From an uncultured Candidatus Rokubacteria bacterium (GTDB taxonomy: Bacteria > Methylomirabilota > Methylomirabilia > Rokubacteriales > DASRDR01): DNA of 64,000 nucleotides. Positions within the stretch are counted from its first letter, which is position 1, and each line of letters starts with the position of its first letter. The notes beneath the pieces are model-generated. The model had not been told where the DNA came from and made no database searches. It saw only the letters and a program-made list of their open reading frames with translations. Below, one piece after another: positions 44,451 through 55,440 of this stretch. The translations under genes and the position numbers were made by a program. Location of the stretch: NCBI GenBank assembly GCA_963708025.1, contig CAVPSB010000016.1, forward strand, positions 352,001 through 416,000. Reading direction: 5' to 3'.

Positions 44451-46046
44451 GTGACTGAGCGCACGGGGCCCGAGACCGTCTCCGCCTGCTTCCGCGCCGC
44501 GCTCGACACCGCGGCCGACACGGGGTTCCTCGCGATGGAGCATGGAACCCTCAGCTACGTCCAGGCGGCCGACTGGTCGCGGGCCGTCGCGAGCGGACTC
44601 ACCGCCCTGGGGATTCGACGGGGAGACCGCGTGGCGATCGTCTCCACAAACCGGCCCGAGATGGTCATCCTGTGGCTGGCGTGCCTCCGGCTCGGCGCGT
44701 GCTTCTGTCCCCTCAACACCGGCTTCACGGGTCCCCAGCTGGCGAATCTCTTCCGGCGGCTGACGCCGGCCCTGGTGATCGCGGAGCCCGGGGCGGCGGC
44801 GGCGATCGCGGACGGCCTGGCCCGGAGCGAGACCGCGGTGCCGGCGGTGGCGCTCGGTCCGGCGCCGACCGGCTGGGCGAGCTGGGACGATCTCGAGCGG
44901 CATCACGGCGATCCCGGCTGGGTCGAGGCCCGGCCGGGCGACCTCGCGGCGATCCTGTGCACGTCGGGCACCACCGGCCCCTCCAAGGCGGTGGCCCTGT
45001 CTCACCGATGGTTCACGAAGATGTGCGAGACGACGGCGCGGTACTGGGGCTTCGGACCGCGGGACGTTTTCTACTCCCCCTTTCCCCTGTACCACATCGA
45101 CGCGCTCGCCCTCACGGTGACCCCCGCCATCTACCACGCCACCGGCACCGCGATCGGGGTCCGCTTCTCGGTCCGCCGGTTCTGGGAGGAGATCCGCCGG
45201 TTCCGGGCGACGGTCTTCGACTTCATGGGCAGCACGCTGACGCTCCTGTGGAAGCGGGAGCCGGCGCCGGATGACGCGGACAACCCGGCGCGCCTCGGGT
45301 GGGGCGTGCCGCTGCCCGATTTCGCCCGCGCGTTCGAGGATCGGTTCGGCTGCCGTTTGGTCGACTGCTACGGCTCCACCGACGTGGGGCTCCCCGTCGT
45401 CGGCCTCCCCGGCGAGCCCAAGCCGACCGGCGCCTGCGGGCGGGCGGTGGAGGGATGCGAGGTGGCTATCCTGTCGCCGGACGGATGGCGTCTTCCCGCC
45501 GGCCACTCCGGTGAGATCGCCATCCGCGTGGACGAGCCCCACACGCTCATGGAGGGTTACGTCGGCGATCCCGAGGCCACCCTCCGGACGTGGCGGGGTC
45601 TGTGGCACCACACGGGCGATCGCGGCCGCCTGGACGAGCAGGGATACCTGTACTTCGAGAGCCGGCTGACCGACTCGATCCGGCGCCGCGGCGAGAACGT
45701 GTCGGCCCAGGAGCTGGAGGAGCTGGTCCTGGCCCATCCCGACGTCCTGGAGGCCGCCGCCGTCGGGGTACCCTCGGAGCTGACCGAGGAGGACATCAAG
45801 GTGGCGGCCGTTCCACGGCGAGGTGCTGCGCTCGACACCCCGGGGCTCGCGCGGTGGCTGGCCGAGCGGGTGCCGCGCTACATGACCGTCCGGTACGTCG
45901 AGCTGGTCGAGGATCTCCCGAGAACCGACACCCAGAAGGTCATGAAGACGACCCTCCGCGAGGAGTGGAGAACGACCGGGACGTGGGACGCCGAGCAGGC
46001 GCGGTTCCTGGCCGACGGGCCCGCCGCTCGACAGGAGAAGCCATGA
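44451..46046 (+). CDS. ATP-dependent acyl-CoA ligase (CaiC-like)
   Basis: TSGTTGPSK, FPLYH, YGSTD, HTGD, RRRGENVS. Confidence 0.9.
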   Translation: MTERTGPETVSACFRAALDTAADTGFLAMEHGTLSYVQAADWSRAVASGLTALGIRRGDRVAIVSTNRPEMVILWLACLRLGACFCPLNTGFTGPQLANLFRRLTPALVIAEPGAAAAIADGLARSETAVPAVALGPAPTGWASWDDLERHHGDPGWVEARPGDLAAILCTSGTTGPSKAVALSHRWFTKMCETTARYWGFGPRDVFYSPFPLYHIDALALTVTPAIYHATGTAIGVRFSVRRFWEEIRRFRATVFDFMGSTLTLLWKREPAPDDADNPARLGWGVPLPDFARAFEDRFGCRLVDCYGSTDVGLPVVGLPGEPKPTGACGRAVEGCEVAILSPDGWRLPAGHSGEIAIRVDEPHTLMEGYVGDPEATLRTWRGLWHHTGDRGRLDEQGYLYFESRLTDSIRRRGENVSAQELEELVLAHPDVLEAAAVGVPSELTEEDIKVAAVPRRGAALDTPGLARWLAERVPRYMTVRYVELVEDLPRTDTQKVMKTTLREEWRTTGTWDAEQARFLADGPAARQEKP

Positions 46047-46828
46047 CGCTCGAGACGGTCCTCTACGACGTGCAGGACGGCATCGCCCGCATCCGGCTCA
46101 ACCGGCCCCACCGGCTGAACGCGATGGTGCCCCAGCTCATGCGCGACCTGCACCGGGCGTTCGTGGCCGCCGCCGAGGACGCGGCGGTGCGGGTCGTCAT
46201 CCTGTGGGGTGAAGGGCGCGCCTTCTGCGCGGGTGACGACCTGAAGGAGTCCGCCCAGGCCCCGACCGACGTCGGCCACGTCCGCGACTTCGTCAACGAG
46301 ATCCAGCAGGTCACCGTGGACATGAAGTCGATGCCCAAGCCGATCATCGGCGCCATTCACGGCTACGCGGTCGGCGGCGGATGCGAGCTGGCGCTGGACT
46401 GCGATCTCGTGGTGGCGGCCGAGGACGCGAAGTTCGGGTTCGTCGAGACCGGGGTCGGACTGTTCTGCACCGGCGGCGTGACCCACTTCCTCCCCCGCAC
46501 GGTGGGGCTCGCCAAGGCGAAGGAGCTGATCATGACGGGCGAGCTCTTCGACGGACGGGAGGCCGAGCGGCTCGGGCTGGTGAACCGGGCGGTGCCCCGG
46601 GACCAGGTGCTCCCGGTGGCCGAGGCCCTCGCGCGGAAGATCATGGCGAGGGCCCCCATCCCGATCTCGATGACGAAGCTCGCCCTCGAGGCGGGGGTCC
46701 AGAGCGATCTCGCCACGGCCATGGCCCTGGAGACCGCCTCGACGGTCACCTGCTTCCTGACGGAAGACGCGCGGGAAGGTGCGCGGGCCTTCGTCGAGAA
46801 GCGACCGCCACGCTACAGCGGCCGATAG
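46043..46828 (+). CDS. Enoyl-CoA hydratase/isomerase
   Basis: LNRPHRLNA, AFCAGDDL, GYAVGGGCELAL, EGARAFVEKR. Confidence 0.92.
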   Translation: MTLETVLYDVQDGIARIRLNRPHRLNAMVPQLMRDLHRAFVAAAEDAAVRVVILWGEGRAFCAGDDLKESAQAPTDVGHVRDFVNEIQQVTVDMKSMPKPIIGAIHGYAVGGGCELALDCDLVVAAEDAKFGFVETGVGLFCTGGVTHFLPRTVGLAKAKELIMTGELFDGREAERLGLVNRAVPRDQVLPVAEALARKIMARAPIPISMTKLALEAGVQSDLATAMALETASTVTCFLTEDAREGARAFVEKRPPRYSGR

Positions 46829-47015
46829 CACAGAATCAGCCCGGAAGAACGAGGCCGCCGCCGCCTTGTGCGACGGCCCGGCCTGCGCTACGCTCTCGCC
46901 ACGTGGAGCCATCCCGGAGCGGAGCCGGGCCGCCCGAACCGGCGTCATGCCCCGCGTGCCCAACCACGCAGGAGACCGCGGCGTTCCGCTTCAACCGCCC
47001 AAGGAGGTAGGGTCG

Positions 47016-48557
47016 ATGCGAACTCTTCGAGTGATCCTCACCCTCGCGCTGGCCGCCGGACTGGTGGTGGCCGGCTTCCTGCCCGCCGTGCTGGACGTCT
47101 CGGCCCAGCAAGCGAAGAAGGTGATCAAGTTCGGCGTCAACCGGGGGGCCGAGAACCTCGACCCCGTGACCCAGGACGCCAACCCCGACATCTGGGCCTT
47201 CATGCAGATCTACCAGCAGCTCGTGCGCGTCAACGTCAAGGGCGACGGCTTCGAGCCCGACCTCGCCGAGAAGTGGACCACGTCGGCGGACGGCCGGACG
47301 TGGACCTTCATGCTGCGAAAGAACGCCAAGTTCTCGACCGGCGATCCGGTGACGGCCGCCGACGCCGTCTGGTCGCTCAAGCGGGCGCGCGACACCAAGG
47401 GTCCGTGGAAGTGGGCCCTGGAAGCGGTGGAGGACATCGCGGCCAAGGACGACCACACGGTGGTCATCTCCCTCAAGGAGCCGTGGGCGCCCTTCCTGGC
47501 CGACATCTCGCTCTTCTCCAACAGCATCATGTCCGAGAAGGTGTTCAAGAACGCCTCCGCCGACGACATCTCCAACAAGCCGGTCGGCTCCGGACCCTTC
47601 ATGCTCGCCGAGTGGAAGAAGGGCGAGGTGCTGATCATGAAGGCCAACCCCCACTACTACGAGAAGGGCCTGCCGAGGACGGCCGAGCTGCACATCCGGT
47701 ACATCCCGGACGACAACAGCCGGATCATCGCGCTCCAGTCGGGCGAGCTGGACGGCATCGACTACCCGCCGTTCTCCCGCATGGAGGAGCTGAGAAAGGA
47801 TCCCAAGCTGGAGGCGCAGCTCAATCCCTCCACCCAGGTGTCGCACCTCGTGCTCAACGTCCGCGAGGCTCCGCTCAACAACGTGAAGCTCCGTCAGGCG
47901 CTGGCCTACGCCACCGACCGGGCCGCCATCGTCAAGGCCGTCTGCTTCGGGAACTGCACGCCGGCGACGACCTTCCTGCCGATGACGACCCCGTTCTTCA
48001 ACAAGGGCTCGAAGGGCTACCCCACCGACCTCAACAAGGCCAAGCAGCTCTTCAAGGAATCCGGGGTGGGAACGGCGGTCACGCTGAAGCTCATGTACCG
48101 CTCCAACGACGCGGTCCACCAGCCGACCGCGGTGGCCCTGAAGGAGATGTGGGGCAAGCTCGGCGTCAACCTCGAGCTGGAGCCGCTCGACCGCGCCACC
48201 GAGACGCAGCGCTACCGGGCGAACCAGTTCCAGGTCCGCGTGACCGGCTGGACCAACGACATCCCCGACCCCTCGCAGCTCGCGGCCTACGAGCTGGGGT
48301 TCACGGAGAGCGAGTCGTACCACAGCGGCTACAAGTCGGCGGAGATGGACGCGCTCCTGGCCAGGGGCATGCGCGAGACGAACCTCGAGAAGCGCCGGCA
48401 GATCTACTACGAGATCCAGGAGCTGGCGCTGCGGGACTCGCCGCTCATCTGGCTCTACTACTCGCCCTACACCATCGCCATCAACAAGAAGATGAAGGGG
48501 TTCGTGCAGATGGCCACCGGGCCCTGGATCTTCAAGAACGTGACCGTCGGCGAGTAG
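47016..48557 (+). CDS. dppA: Peptide/nickel ABC transporter substrate-binding protein
   Basis: RBS AAGGAGG; signal peptide; LDP, PDLAEKW, PVGSGPF, LRQAL. Confidence 0.9.
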   Translation: MRTLRVILTLALAAGLVVAGFLPAVLDVSAQQAKKVIKFGVNRGAENLDPVTQDANPDIWAFMQIYQQLVRVNVKGDGFEPDLAEKWTTSADGRTWTFMLRKNAKFSTGDPVTAADAVWSLKRARDTKGPWKWALEAVEDIAAKDDHTVVISLKEPWAPFLADISLFSNSIMSEKVFKNASADDISNKPVGSGPFMLAEWKKGEVLIMKANPHYYEKGLPRTAELHIRYIPDDNSRIIALQSGELDGIDYPPFSRMEELRKDPKLEAQLNPSTQVSHLVLNVREAPLNNVKLRQALAYATDRAAIVKAVCFGNCTPATTFLPMTTPFFNKGSKGYPTDLNKAKQLFKESGVGTAVTLKLMYRSNDAVHQPTAVALKEMWGKLGVNLELEPLDRATETQRYRANQFQVRVTGWTNDIPDPSQLAAYELGFTESESYHSGYKSAEMDALLARGMRETNLEKRRQIYYEIQELALRDSPLIWLYYSPYTIAINKKMKGFVQMATGPWIFKNVTVGE

Positions 48558-48564
48558 CGGCCCC

Positions 48565-49506
48565 GTGCCCCTCGCCAGCTACGCCCTCCGGCGCATCGGC
48601 CAGACCCTGCCGGTGGCCCTGCTGGTGACGGTGCTGATCTTCCTCCTCATCAAGCTGCTCCCCGGGGACCCGGCGGCGGCCATCCTCGGGGAGCGGGCCA
48701 GCGACGCGGCGGTCCAGGCCCTGCACCGGCAGTGGGGCCTGGATCGCCCGCTCTGGCAGCAGTACGCGGTCTACATGCGGAACCTGGCGACGGGCGACCT
48801 GGGCCAGTCGTTCCGCTACCGCACCCCGGTGATCGACCTCCTCCCCCGCCGCATGGGGGTGACGATGTTCCTCGTGGTCTACAGCCTCGTCCTGGCCGTG
48901 GTCATCGCCGTGCCGCTGGCCGTCGTGGCGGCCACGAACCGCGAGCGCTGGCCCGACCAGGCGGTGCGGGCCCTGATCACGCTGCCGCTGGCGTCGCCCC
49001 CCTTCTGGATCGGCATCCTGCTCCTCATCGTCTTCGCGCTCAAGCTCGGCTGGTTCCCGGCCACCGGCTACGGCGAGGGCTTCACCGGCCACCTCCGCCA
49101 CCTGTTCCTGCCGGCCCTCACGCTCTCCCACGCGTTCGCGGCGGTCCTGACCCGCAACCTCCGCTCCGCTCTCATCGACGTGCAGACCACCACCTACGTC
49201 GACTTCGCCCGCGCCAAGGGTCTGGACCGGCCGCACGTCCTGGTCCACCACGTGCTGCGCGCCGCGCTGCTGCCGATCGTCACGCTGATCGGCGTCCGCC
49301 TCTCGTACGCCATCGGGGGCTCGGTGGTCGTCGAGACCGTCTTCTCGCTGCCCGGCCTCGGGTCCTGGATGGTGGAGTCGATCATGGCCCGCGACTACAT
49401 GGTCGTCCAGACCCTGACCCTGGCCTTCGCGCTCGGCGCGATGGCGATCAACCTCGCCACCGACCTGGTCTACCCGCTGTTCGATCCCCGGGTCCGCATG
49501 GGATAG
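48565..49506 (+). CDS. dppB: Peptide ABC transporter permease
   Basis: LPGDPA, GLDRP..QY, ARAKGL, VETVFSLPGLG. Confidence 0.9.
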   Translation: MPLASYALRRIGQTLPVALLVTVLIFLLIKLLPGDPAAAILGERASDAAVQALHRQWGLDRPLWQQYAVYMRNLATGDLGQSFRYRTPVIDLLPRRMGVTMFLVVYSLVLAVVIAVPLAVVAATNRERWPDQAVRALITLPLASPPFWIGILLLIVFALKLGWFPATGYGEGFTGHLRHLFLPALTLSHAFAAVLTRNLRSALIDVQTTTYVDFARAKGLDRPHVLVHHVLRAALLPIVTLIGVRLSYAIGGSVVVETVFSLPGLGSWMVESIMARDYMVVQTLTLAFALGAMAINLATDLVYPLFDPRVRMG

Positions 49507-49512
49507 GCCCCG

Positions 49513-50365
49513 GTGAGCGTCGTCGCCGCGGAGATCCCGATCGCAGCGTCGGCCCGGCCGCGGCTCCACCGGAGCCTCACGGCCGGCGGGCTCATGCTGG
49601 GACTCCTGGTCGCCGCCGCGGTGGCCGGCCCGCTGCTCTCGCCGTACACCCCGACCGCCCACGACTTCGACGCGCTCCTCCAGCCCCCGAGCCTCGCCCA
49701 CCCGTTCGGCACCGACAACTTCGGGCGGGACGTGCTGACCCGGATCATCTATGGCGCCGTCATCGACCTGCGCATCGGCGTGCTGGCGGTGGCGTTCCCC
49801 TTCGTCTTCGGCTCGGTGCTGGGGGCGGCGGCCGGCTACTACGGCCGCTGGGTCGACACGCTGGTCATGCGGGTCGTCGACGTGATCACCGCGGTGCCCT
49901 TCCTGGTCCTCGTGATCGCCGTGGTCGCGTTCCTGGGGCCGGGCGAGGTCAACATCTTCATCGCCATCGGGGGCGTCGGCTGGGTGACCTACGCCCGCCT
50001 GGTGCGCGGTGAGGTGTTGCGCGAGAAGAGCCTGGAGTACGTGGCGGCCGGGCGGGCGCTCGGGTTCCGCCGGTGGCGGCTCCTCCTCGGCCACGTCCTG
50101 CCCAACGCGATCCCGCCCGGCGGTCATCTTCCTCGCCTCCGACGTCGTGCTCGTCATCCTCACCACCGCGTCGCTCGGCTTCCTGGGCCTGGGCGTCCGG
50201 CCCCCCGCGCCCGAGTGGGGGATGATGATCTCGGAGGGGCGCGAGTTCCTGGCCAGCGGGTGGTGGGTGGCGACCATGCCCGGCTTCGCCTGCATGTACA
50301 CCGGCCTCGCCTTCATCCTCCTCGGCGACGGGGTCGCCGACCTCCTCCGCGTGAAGGGGCAGTGA
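49513..50365 (+). CDS. dppC: Peptide ABC transporter permease (frameshift near 50118)
   Basis: HPFGTDNFGRD, HVLPNA, LGFLGLG..PP.PEWG. Confidence 0.88.
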
Positions 50366-50394
50366 GAGGAGCCGGCAGGCGGGCATCCGGCACC

Positions 50395-50520
50395 CCCAGG
50401 TGGGGGGGTCCAGGTGGGGACCGCCGGAAGGGCGGGACGGACGCCCACAGGCCGAAGGCCGTCCGATCTACGCAGGCCGAACGCGTCCCGGCGAGTTGGT
50501 GGTTGGGACTCCCCCCCTGG
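50395..50520. repeat. Intergenic repeat carrying the module also found at 33330-33384
   Basis: GGGACGGACGCCCACAGGCCGAAGGCC.TCCGATC.ACG.AGGCCGA.CGCGTCC shared with element copy 1. Confidence 0.7.
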
Positions 50521-50531
50521 CGAACAATCCA

Positions 50532-51498
50532 GTGACCGGCGACGGGCTCCTCGCGGTCGAGGACCTGCGCGTGGAGATCCCGACCCGGCGCGGCGTCGTC
50601 CACGCCGTGCGGGGCGTCAGCTTCGGCGTGCAGGCGGGCGAGACCTTCGCCCTGGTCGGGGAGTCGGGCTCGGGCAAGACGATGACCTGCCGGGCGATCG
50701 TCCGCCTCGTCCACCCGCCGGGGCGGATCACCGGGGGCCGCGTCGTCTTCCAGGGGCGCGACCTGGTGCGGCTGCCCGAGCGGGAGCTGGAGCGCATCCG
50801 CGGGCGCGGCCTGGTCATGGTCTTCCAGGACCCCATGACGGCCCTCAACCCCGTGCTGAGCGTCGAGCGCCAGATTACCGAGGTCCTGTCCGATGGCGGC
50901 TCCCGGCGGGCCCGGGCCGTGGAGCTCCTCCGGCAGGTCGGCATCCCGGACCCCGAGCGGCGGCTCCAGGCCTATCCTCACCAGCTCTCCGGCGGCCAGC
51001 GCCAGCGCGTGATGCTGGCCATCGCCCTCGCGCGCCAGCCGCGGCTGCTCCTCGCCGACGAGCCCACCACCGCGCTGGACGTGACGATCCAGGCCCAGAT
51101 CCTCCGCCTCATCGTGAGCCTCCAGAAGGCGATGGGGATGGCGCTCATCCTCGTGACCCACGACCTGGGCGTGGTCTACCAGGCGGTCGATCGCGTCGCC
51201 GTCATGTACGCCGGCCAGGTGGTCGAGCTGGCGACCACGGCCGAGCTGTTCGCGCGGCCCCGCCATCCGTACACGATCGGCCTGATCGCGTCGATCCCCA
51301 GCCTCGACCGGAGCCGGCCCCTGGTGCCCATCCCCGGGTCGCCACCCGACCTGGTCGCGGTCGGCCGGGGCTGTCCGTTCGCCCCCCGCTGCGCCTGGGC
51401 GTCGGCGGAGTGCCTGGACGGCGACATCCCGCTCCGTCCGGTCGGTGACGCCCACTGGAGTCGGTGCATCAAGGCGGAAAGCCTCGACCGGTGTCTGA
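50532..51498 (+). CDS. dppD: Peptide ABC transporter ATP-binding protein (stop probably lost to an indel near 51490)
   Basis: [32 protein letters not shown]. Confidence 0.88.
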
Positions 51499-52512
51499 GC
51501 CCCTCCTCGAGGTCCGCGACCTCGTCAAGCACTTCCCGCTGCGCCACACGCTCCTCGACGTCGCGCGCGGCCGGCCGCCCGAGGCCGTCCGCGCGGTGGA
51601 CGGCGTCTCCTTCACGCTCGAGCGGGGCCGGACGCTCGGCCTGGTCGGCGAGTCGGGGTGCGGGAAGAGCACGCTCGGGCGCTGCATCCTCCGGCTCCAC
51701 GACGCCGACCGGGGCGAGATCCGGTTCGACGGCGTGGACCTGGCGCGGCTCGGCGAGGCCGAGCTGATTCCCTATCGCAAGCGCCTGCAGGTCGTCTTCC
51801 AGGACCCCTACGCCTCGCTCAACCCCCGGCAGCGCGTGGGCCGGACCCTGGCCGAGGTGCTCGACGTCCACGGCATCGACGGTCCGGGGGGACGCCGCCG
51901 ACCGCGTGGAGCAGCTCCTGGTCCAGGTGGGCCTGAGCCCGGCCGACGCCCGGAAGTATCCGGGCGAGTTCTCCGGCGGACAGCGCCAGCGGGTCGGCAT
52001 CGCCCGGGCGCTGGCGGTGGAGCCGGAGCTGCTCATCGCCGACGAGCCGCTCTCGGCGCTCGACGTCTCGATCCAGGCCCAGATCCTCCAGCTCCTGCTC
52101 GACCTGCGGACCTCGCTCGGGCTCGACGATGATCTTCATCTCCCACGACCTCCGCGTCGTGCGGTATCTGAGCGACGAGGTGGCCGTGATGTACCTGGGC
52201 AAGATCGTCGAGCGCGCGCCCACCGCGACGCTCTTCGCCCGGCCCCGGCACCCGTACACGGCGGCGCTCCTGTCGGCCGTGCCCGAGGTGGGCGGCGAGC
52301 GCCGGGACACCGTCCCCATCGAGGGCGAGCCGCCGAGCGCCGTCCGGATCCCGGCCGGCTGCCGGTTCCATCCCCGCTGCGCCTGGCGCGAGGAGCGATG
52401 CCTCCGGCAGTCGCCGGAGCTCCGCGAGCTGGCGCCCGCGCACTTCGTCGCCTGCCACGTCGCGGAAGATCGCGCGGCGACTGGTGATTCCCAGCCGCGG
52501 CCCCCCGGGTGA
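51491..52512 (+). CDS. dppF: Peptide ABC transporter ATP-binding protein (frameshifts near 51890 and 52125)
   Basis: [35 protein letters not shown]. Confidence 0.88.
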
Positions 52513-52591
52513 ACGCGCGTGGCGGGTTCCCGCCAGGCGGTGGTAGACTCGAAGGCAACCGGGTTGGACTCATCTCGAATGGGAGGACGTG

Positions 52592-52993
52592 ATGTCGTAC
52601 TTCAGGGGAGCCGTTATCGCATCCCTCGTCATCGCTCTGACCGGCTGCGCCGCGACGCTTCCCGCCGCCCGCGACCTCCAGCCGCAAGACGTGAATCGGC
52701 TAGCCGGGAACTGGACCTGGACCGCCTGGTCCTCGACGCCGGCCCGCCTCGGGGCCGGACCGATCAAGGTCAAGGTCGCCGACGGCCGGCTGCAGTTCGA
52801 AGCATCGGCCGCCGTCGGCACCCTGGTCCTGTACGAAGACGCCAGCCGGCGAGTCCTGAGAGGGGAAGGCCGGGATCGCACGGGAGGCGGGCCGTTCGTC
52901 GTGGAGCTGACCCAGCGGGGCGCCGTGACCCCGGCGACCGCGGGCTTTGACGGCTCGGGCAGGGCGGTCTTCGCGCTGGTCGTCGTCCAGTAG
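52592..52993 (+). CDS. Hypothetical lipoprotein
   Basis: RBS GGAGG; lipobox LTGC. Confidence 0.65.
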   Translation: MSYFRGAVIASLVIALTGCAATLPAARDLQPQDVNRLAGNWTWTAWSSTPARLGAGPIKVKVADGRLQFEASAAVGTLVLYEDASRRVLRGEGRDRTGGGPFVVELTQRGAVTPATAGFDGSGRAVFALVVVQ

Positions 52994-53172
52994 CACCCCG
53001 CCCCAGAACCGCCGGCGATCCTGTCCACGATCTCCTCGGCCCTGCTCCCCGCTGACCGATCCAGGGAAGCGGGGGCGGGCCGAGGATCGCCTCGTCACCA
53101 CGACTCGCCTTCTCGGTAGCCCGGCCGCACTCTGGACGCGATCTCGGGAGCGAACGATGAAGGGAGCCAGCC

Positions 53173-54198
53173 ATGGGTCATGACGCGATCCGGATCCGGG
53201 ACATCGTCGCCGAGCCGGGCACCCGGCAGCGCGGGCGTCTCAAAGTCGGCGAGACCGCGGCCGGGCCCATCGAGATGCCCCTGGTGATCGTCCACGGGTC
53301 GGGCCCCGGGCCCACGCTCTGTCTCACCGGTGCCGTCCACGGCACCGAGTACCCCGGCACCACGGCCGTCCGCGAGCTGACCCGGCAGCTCGACCCCGAG
53401 CGGCTGACCGGCACGGTGATCGCGGTCACCGTCACCAACATGCCGATGTACCAGGCCCGCTCGCCGTTCATCTCGCCGATCGACGGGCTGAACCTGAACC
53501 GGGTGGCGCCCGGCCGCCCGGACGGGACGATCACCGAGCGCATCGCCCACACCCTCTTCAGCGAGGTGATGCCCCTGGCCACCCACCACATCGACTGCCA
53601 CGGCGGGGACATCACCGAGGCGCTCTGGCCGTACGCGGCCTACCGCGTGACCGGCAACCGCGCCGTCGACGAGGTCGGCGAGGCCATGGCCCGCGTGTAC
53701 ACCCCCCGGATCTTCGCCCTCCTCAAGGAAGGCCTCCCGCTGGCCATCACCCACGGCACCGTCACCTCCGAGGCCGCCCGGCGCGGCATCGCCTCGATCC
53801 TGGGCGAGTGCGGCAGCGACCGCGGACTCGATCCGGCCGACGTGCGCACGCACGTCAACGGGATCACCAGCGTGATGCGCTACCTGAAGATGATCCCGGG
53901 CGAGCCGACCGTCGCCCGGGACCTGCTCCTGGGCGTCAGCCAGTTCGTGGTCCCGGCCGATCGCGGCGGCCTCCTGCGCCTCGCCGTCCAGGTCGGTGAC
54001 GAGATCGCCGAGGGCCAGCCGCTCGGCGAGATCTGGGACGAGTTCGGCGACGTCGTGGAGACGCTCCGGGCCCCGGCCCGGGGTCTGATCCGCCTCGTCT
54101 GGACCCACAAGGTGGTCAACACGGGCGACCTCGTGCTCAAGTGCTGGGTTACCGAGCCGGCGCCGCCCTTCCCCTTGACGGATCGGTTCGCCCGGTAG
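53173..54198 (+). CDS. Succinylglutamate desuccinylase/aspartoacylase (M14) family
   Basis: HGTE, NLNR..PG..DG, IDCHGG. Confidence 0.88.
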   Translation: MGHDAIRIRDIVAEPGTRQRGRLKVGETAAGPIEMPLVIVHGSGPGPTLCLTGAVHGTEYPGTTAVRELTRQLDPERLTGTVIAVTVTNMPMYQARSPFISPIDGLNLNRVAPGRPDGTITERIAHTLFSEVMPLATHHIDCHGGDITEALWPYAAYRVTGNRAVDEVGEAMARVYTPRIFALLKEGLPLAITHGTVTSEAARRGIASILGECGSDRGLDPADVRTHVNGITSVMRYLKMIPGEPTVARDLLLGVSQFVVPADRGGLLRLAVQVGDEIAEGQPLGEIWDEFGDVVETLRAPARGLIRLVWTHKVVNTGDLVLKCWVTEPAPPFPLTDRFAR

Positions 54199-54241
54199 CA
54201 TCGTCGAGCCAGCGCCAGCGGCGCGGCAGGGAGGCCCCGGC

Positions 54242-55405
54242 ATGGAGATCAGGTCCCAGAAGCTCAGCGAGTTCTTCAACATCGGGCGCGACCGGGGGTG
54301 GGACGTCCAGAAGCAGGCCTGGACCGTGCATTCCCTGGTCAACCCCGAAGGCCGGGTCCTCACGCTCGGGGACATCATGGAGGGGATCCCGCCGGACCTC
54401 CCCCTGGCGAAGTCCGGCAACCGCTACGGCTACCCGCCGCTCCGGGAACAGATCGTCCGGTCGCAGCGCTACGAGGTCACCGCCGACGACGTCCTCGTCA
54501 CCTCGGGTACCCAGCACGCGAACTACCTGGCGTTCGCCACCCTGCTCCAGGCCGGCGACGAGGCCATCATCGAGTCACCCTCGTGGGAGCAGCCGAAGGT
54601 CCTGTGCGAGGCGCTCTCCGTGCAGGCCCGGATCCTCCCGCGGCGTCCGGAGCTCGGGTGGAAGTTCGACCTCGACGAGCTCGAGCGGCTGGTCTCCCCC
54701 CGCGTGAAGCTGATCTACCTCTGCCACCCGAGCAACCCCACCGGGGCGATCCTCGACGAGTCGGAGCTGAAGGCCGTCTGCGCCGTCGCCGATCGGATCG
54801 GCGCCTACGTCGTCTCCGACGAGATCTACCGGGGCCTCGAGTGGGACGAGGCGCTGTCTCCCTCGGTGGTCAACGTCTACGAGCGGGGCGTGACCACGAG
54901 CAGCATCTCCAAGACCCTGGGGATGAGCGGGCTCCGCCTCGGGTGGCTCGCGACCCGGGACCGGGCGTTTCGCGAGCGGTGCATGGAGCTGAAGTACTAC
55001 ATCAGCCTCCACCAGCAGAGCCGCCTCGACGAGGTCGTGGCCCTGGCCGCCCTCGAGCCGACCCGATACTGGCGCCTGGTGAGGAAGACGATGGACGCCG
55101 CCCGCGTCAACTACGATCTGGTGGCCGCCTGGATGAAGGACAACGGCGTCTTCACCTGGATCCCGCCTGGCGGCGGCTTCCTGTCGTTCCCCCGCTACGA
55201 CCTGGACATCCCCTCCTGGGACCTCTGCGTCCGCCTGCTGGAGGCGCCGTACCGCACGTACCTGATCCCGGGGAGCTGTTACGGCCACGAGGGGCACGTG
55301 CGGCTCGGCTTCGGCCCCGGCACCCCGGCCGACACGATCCGCGCCGGCCTCGCCGCGGTCGACCGCTTCGTCGCCGACCTGCGGGGCCAGACCGTCCGCG
55401 CGTGA
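54242..55405 (+). CDS. PLP-dependent aminotransferase class I/II
   Basis: PSNPTG, SDEIY, SISKTLGMSGLRLGW. Confidence 0.9.
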   Translation: MEIRSQKLSEFFNIGRDRGWDVQKQAWTVHSLVNPEGRVLTLGDIMEGIPPDLPLAKSGNRYGYPPLREQIVRSQRYEVTADDVLVTSGTQHANYLAFATLLQAGDEAIIESPSWEQPKVLCEALSVQARILPRRPELGWKFDLDELERLVSPRVKLIYLCHPSNPTGAILDESELKAVCAVADRIGAYVVSDEIYRGLEWDEALSPSVVNVYERGVTTSSISKTLGMSGLRLGWLATRDRAFRERCMELKYYISLHQQSRLDEVVALAALEPTRYWRLVRKTMDAARVNYDLVAAWMKDNGVFTWIPPGGGFLSFPRYDLDIPSWDLCVRLLEAPYRTYLIPGSCYGHEGHVRLGFGPGTPADTIRAGLAAVDRFVADLRGQTVRA

Positions 55406-55440
55406 CGCGAATGGATAGCGACGGCAACGGAGGTGCAGCG

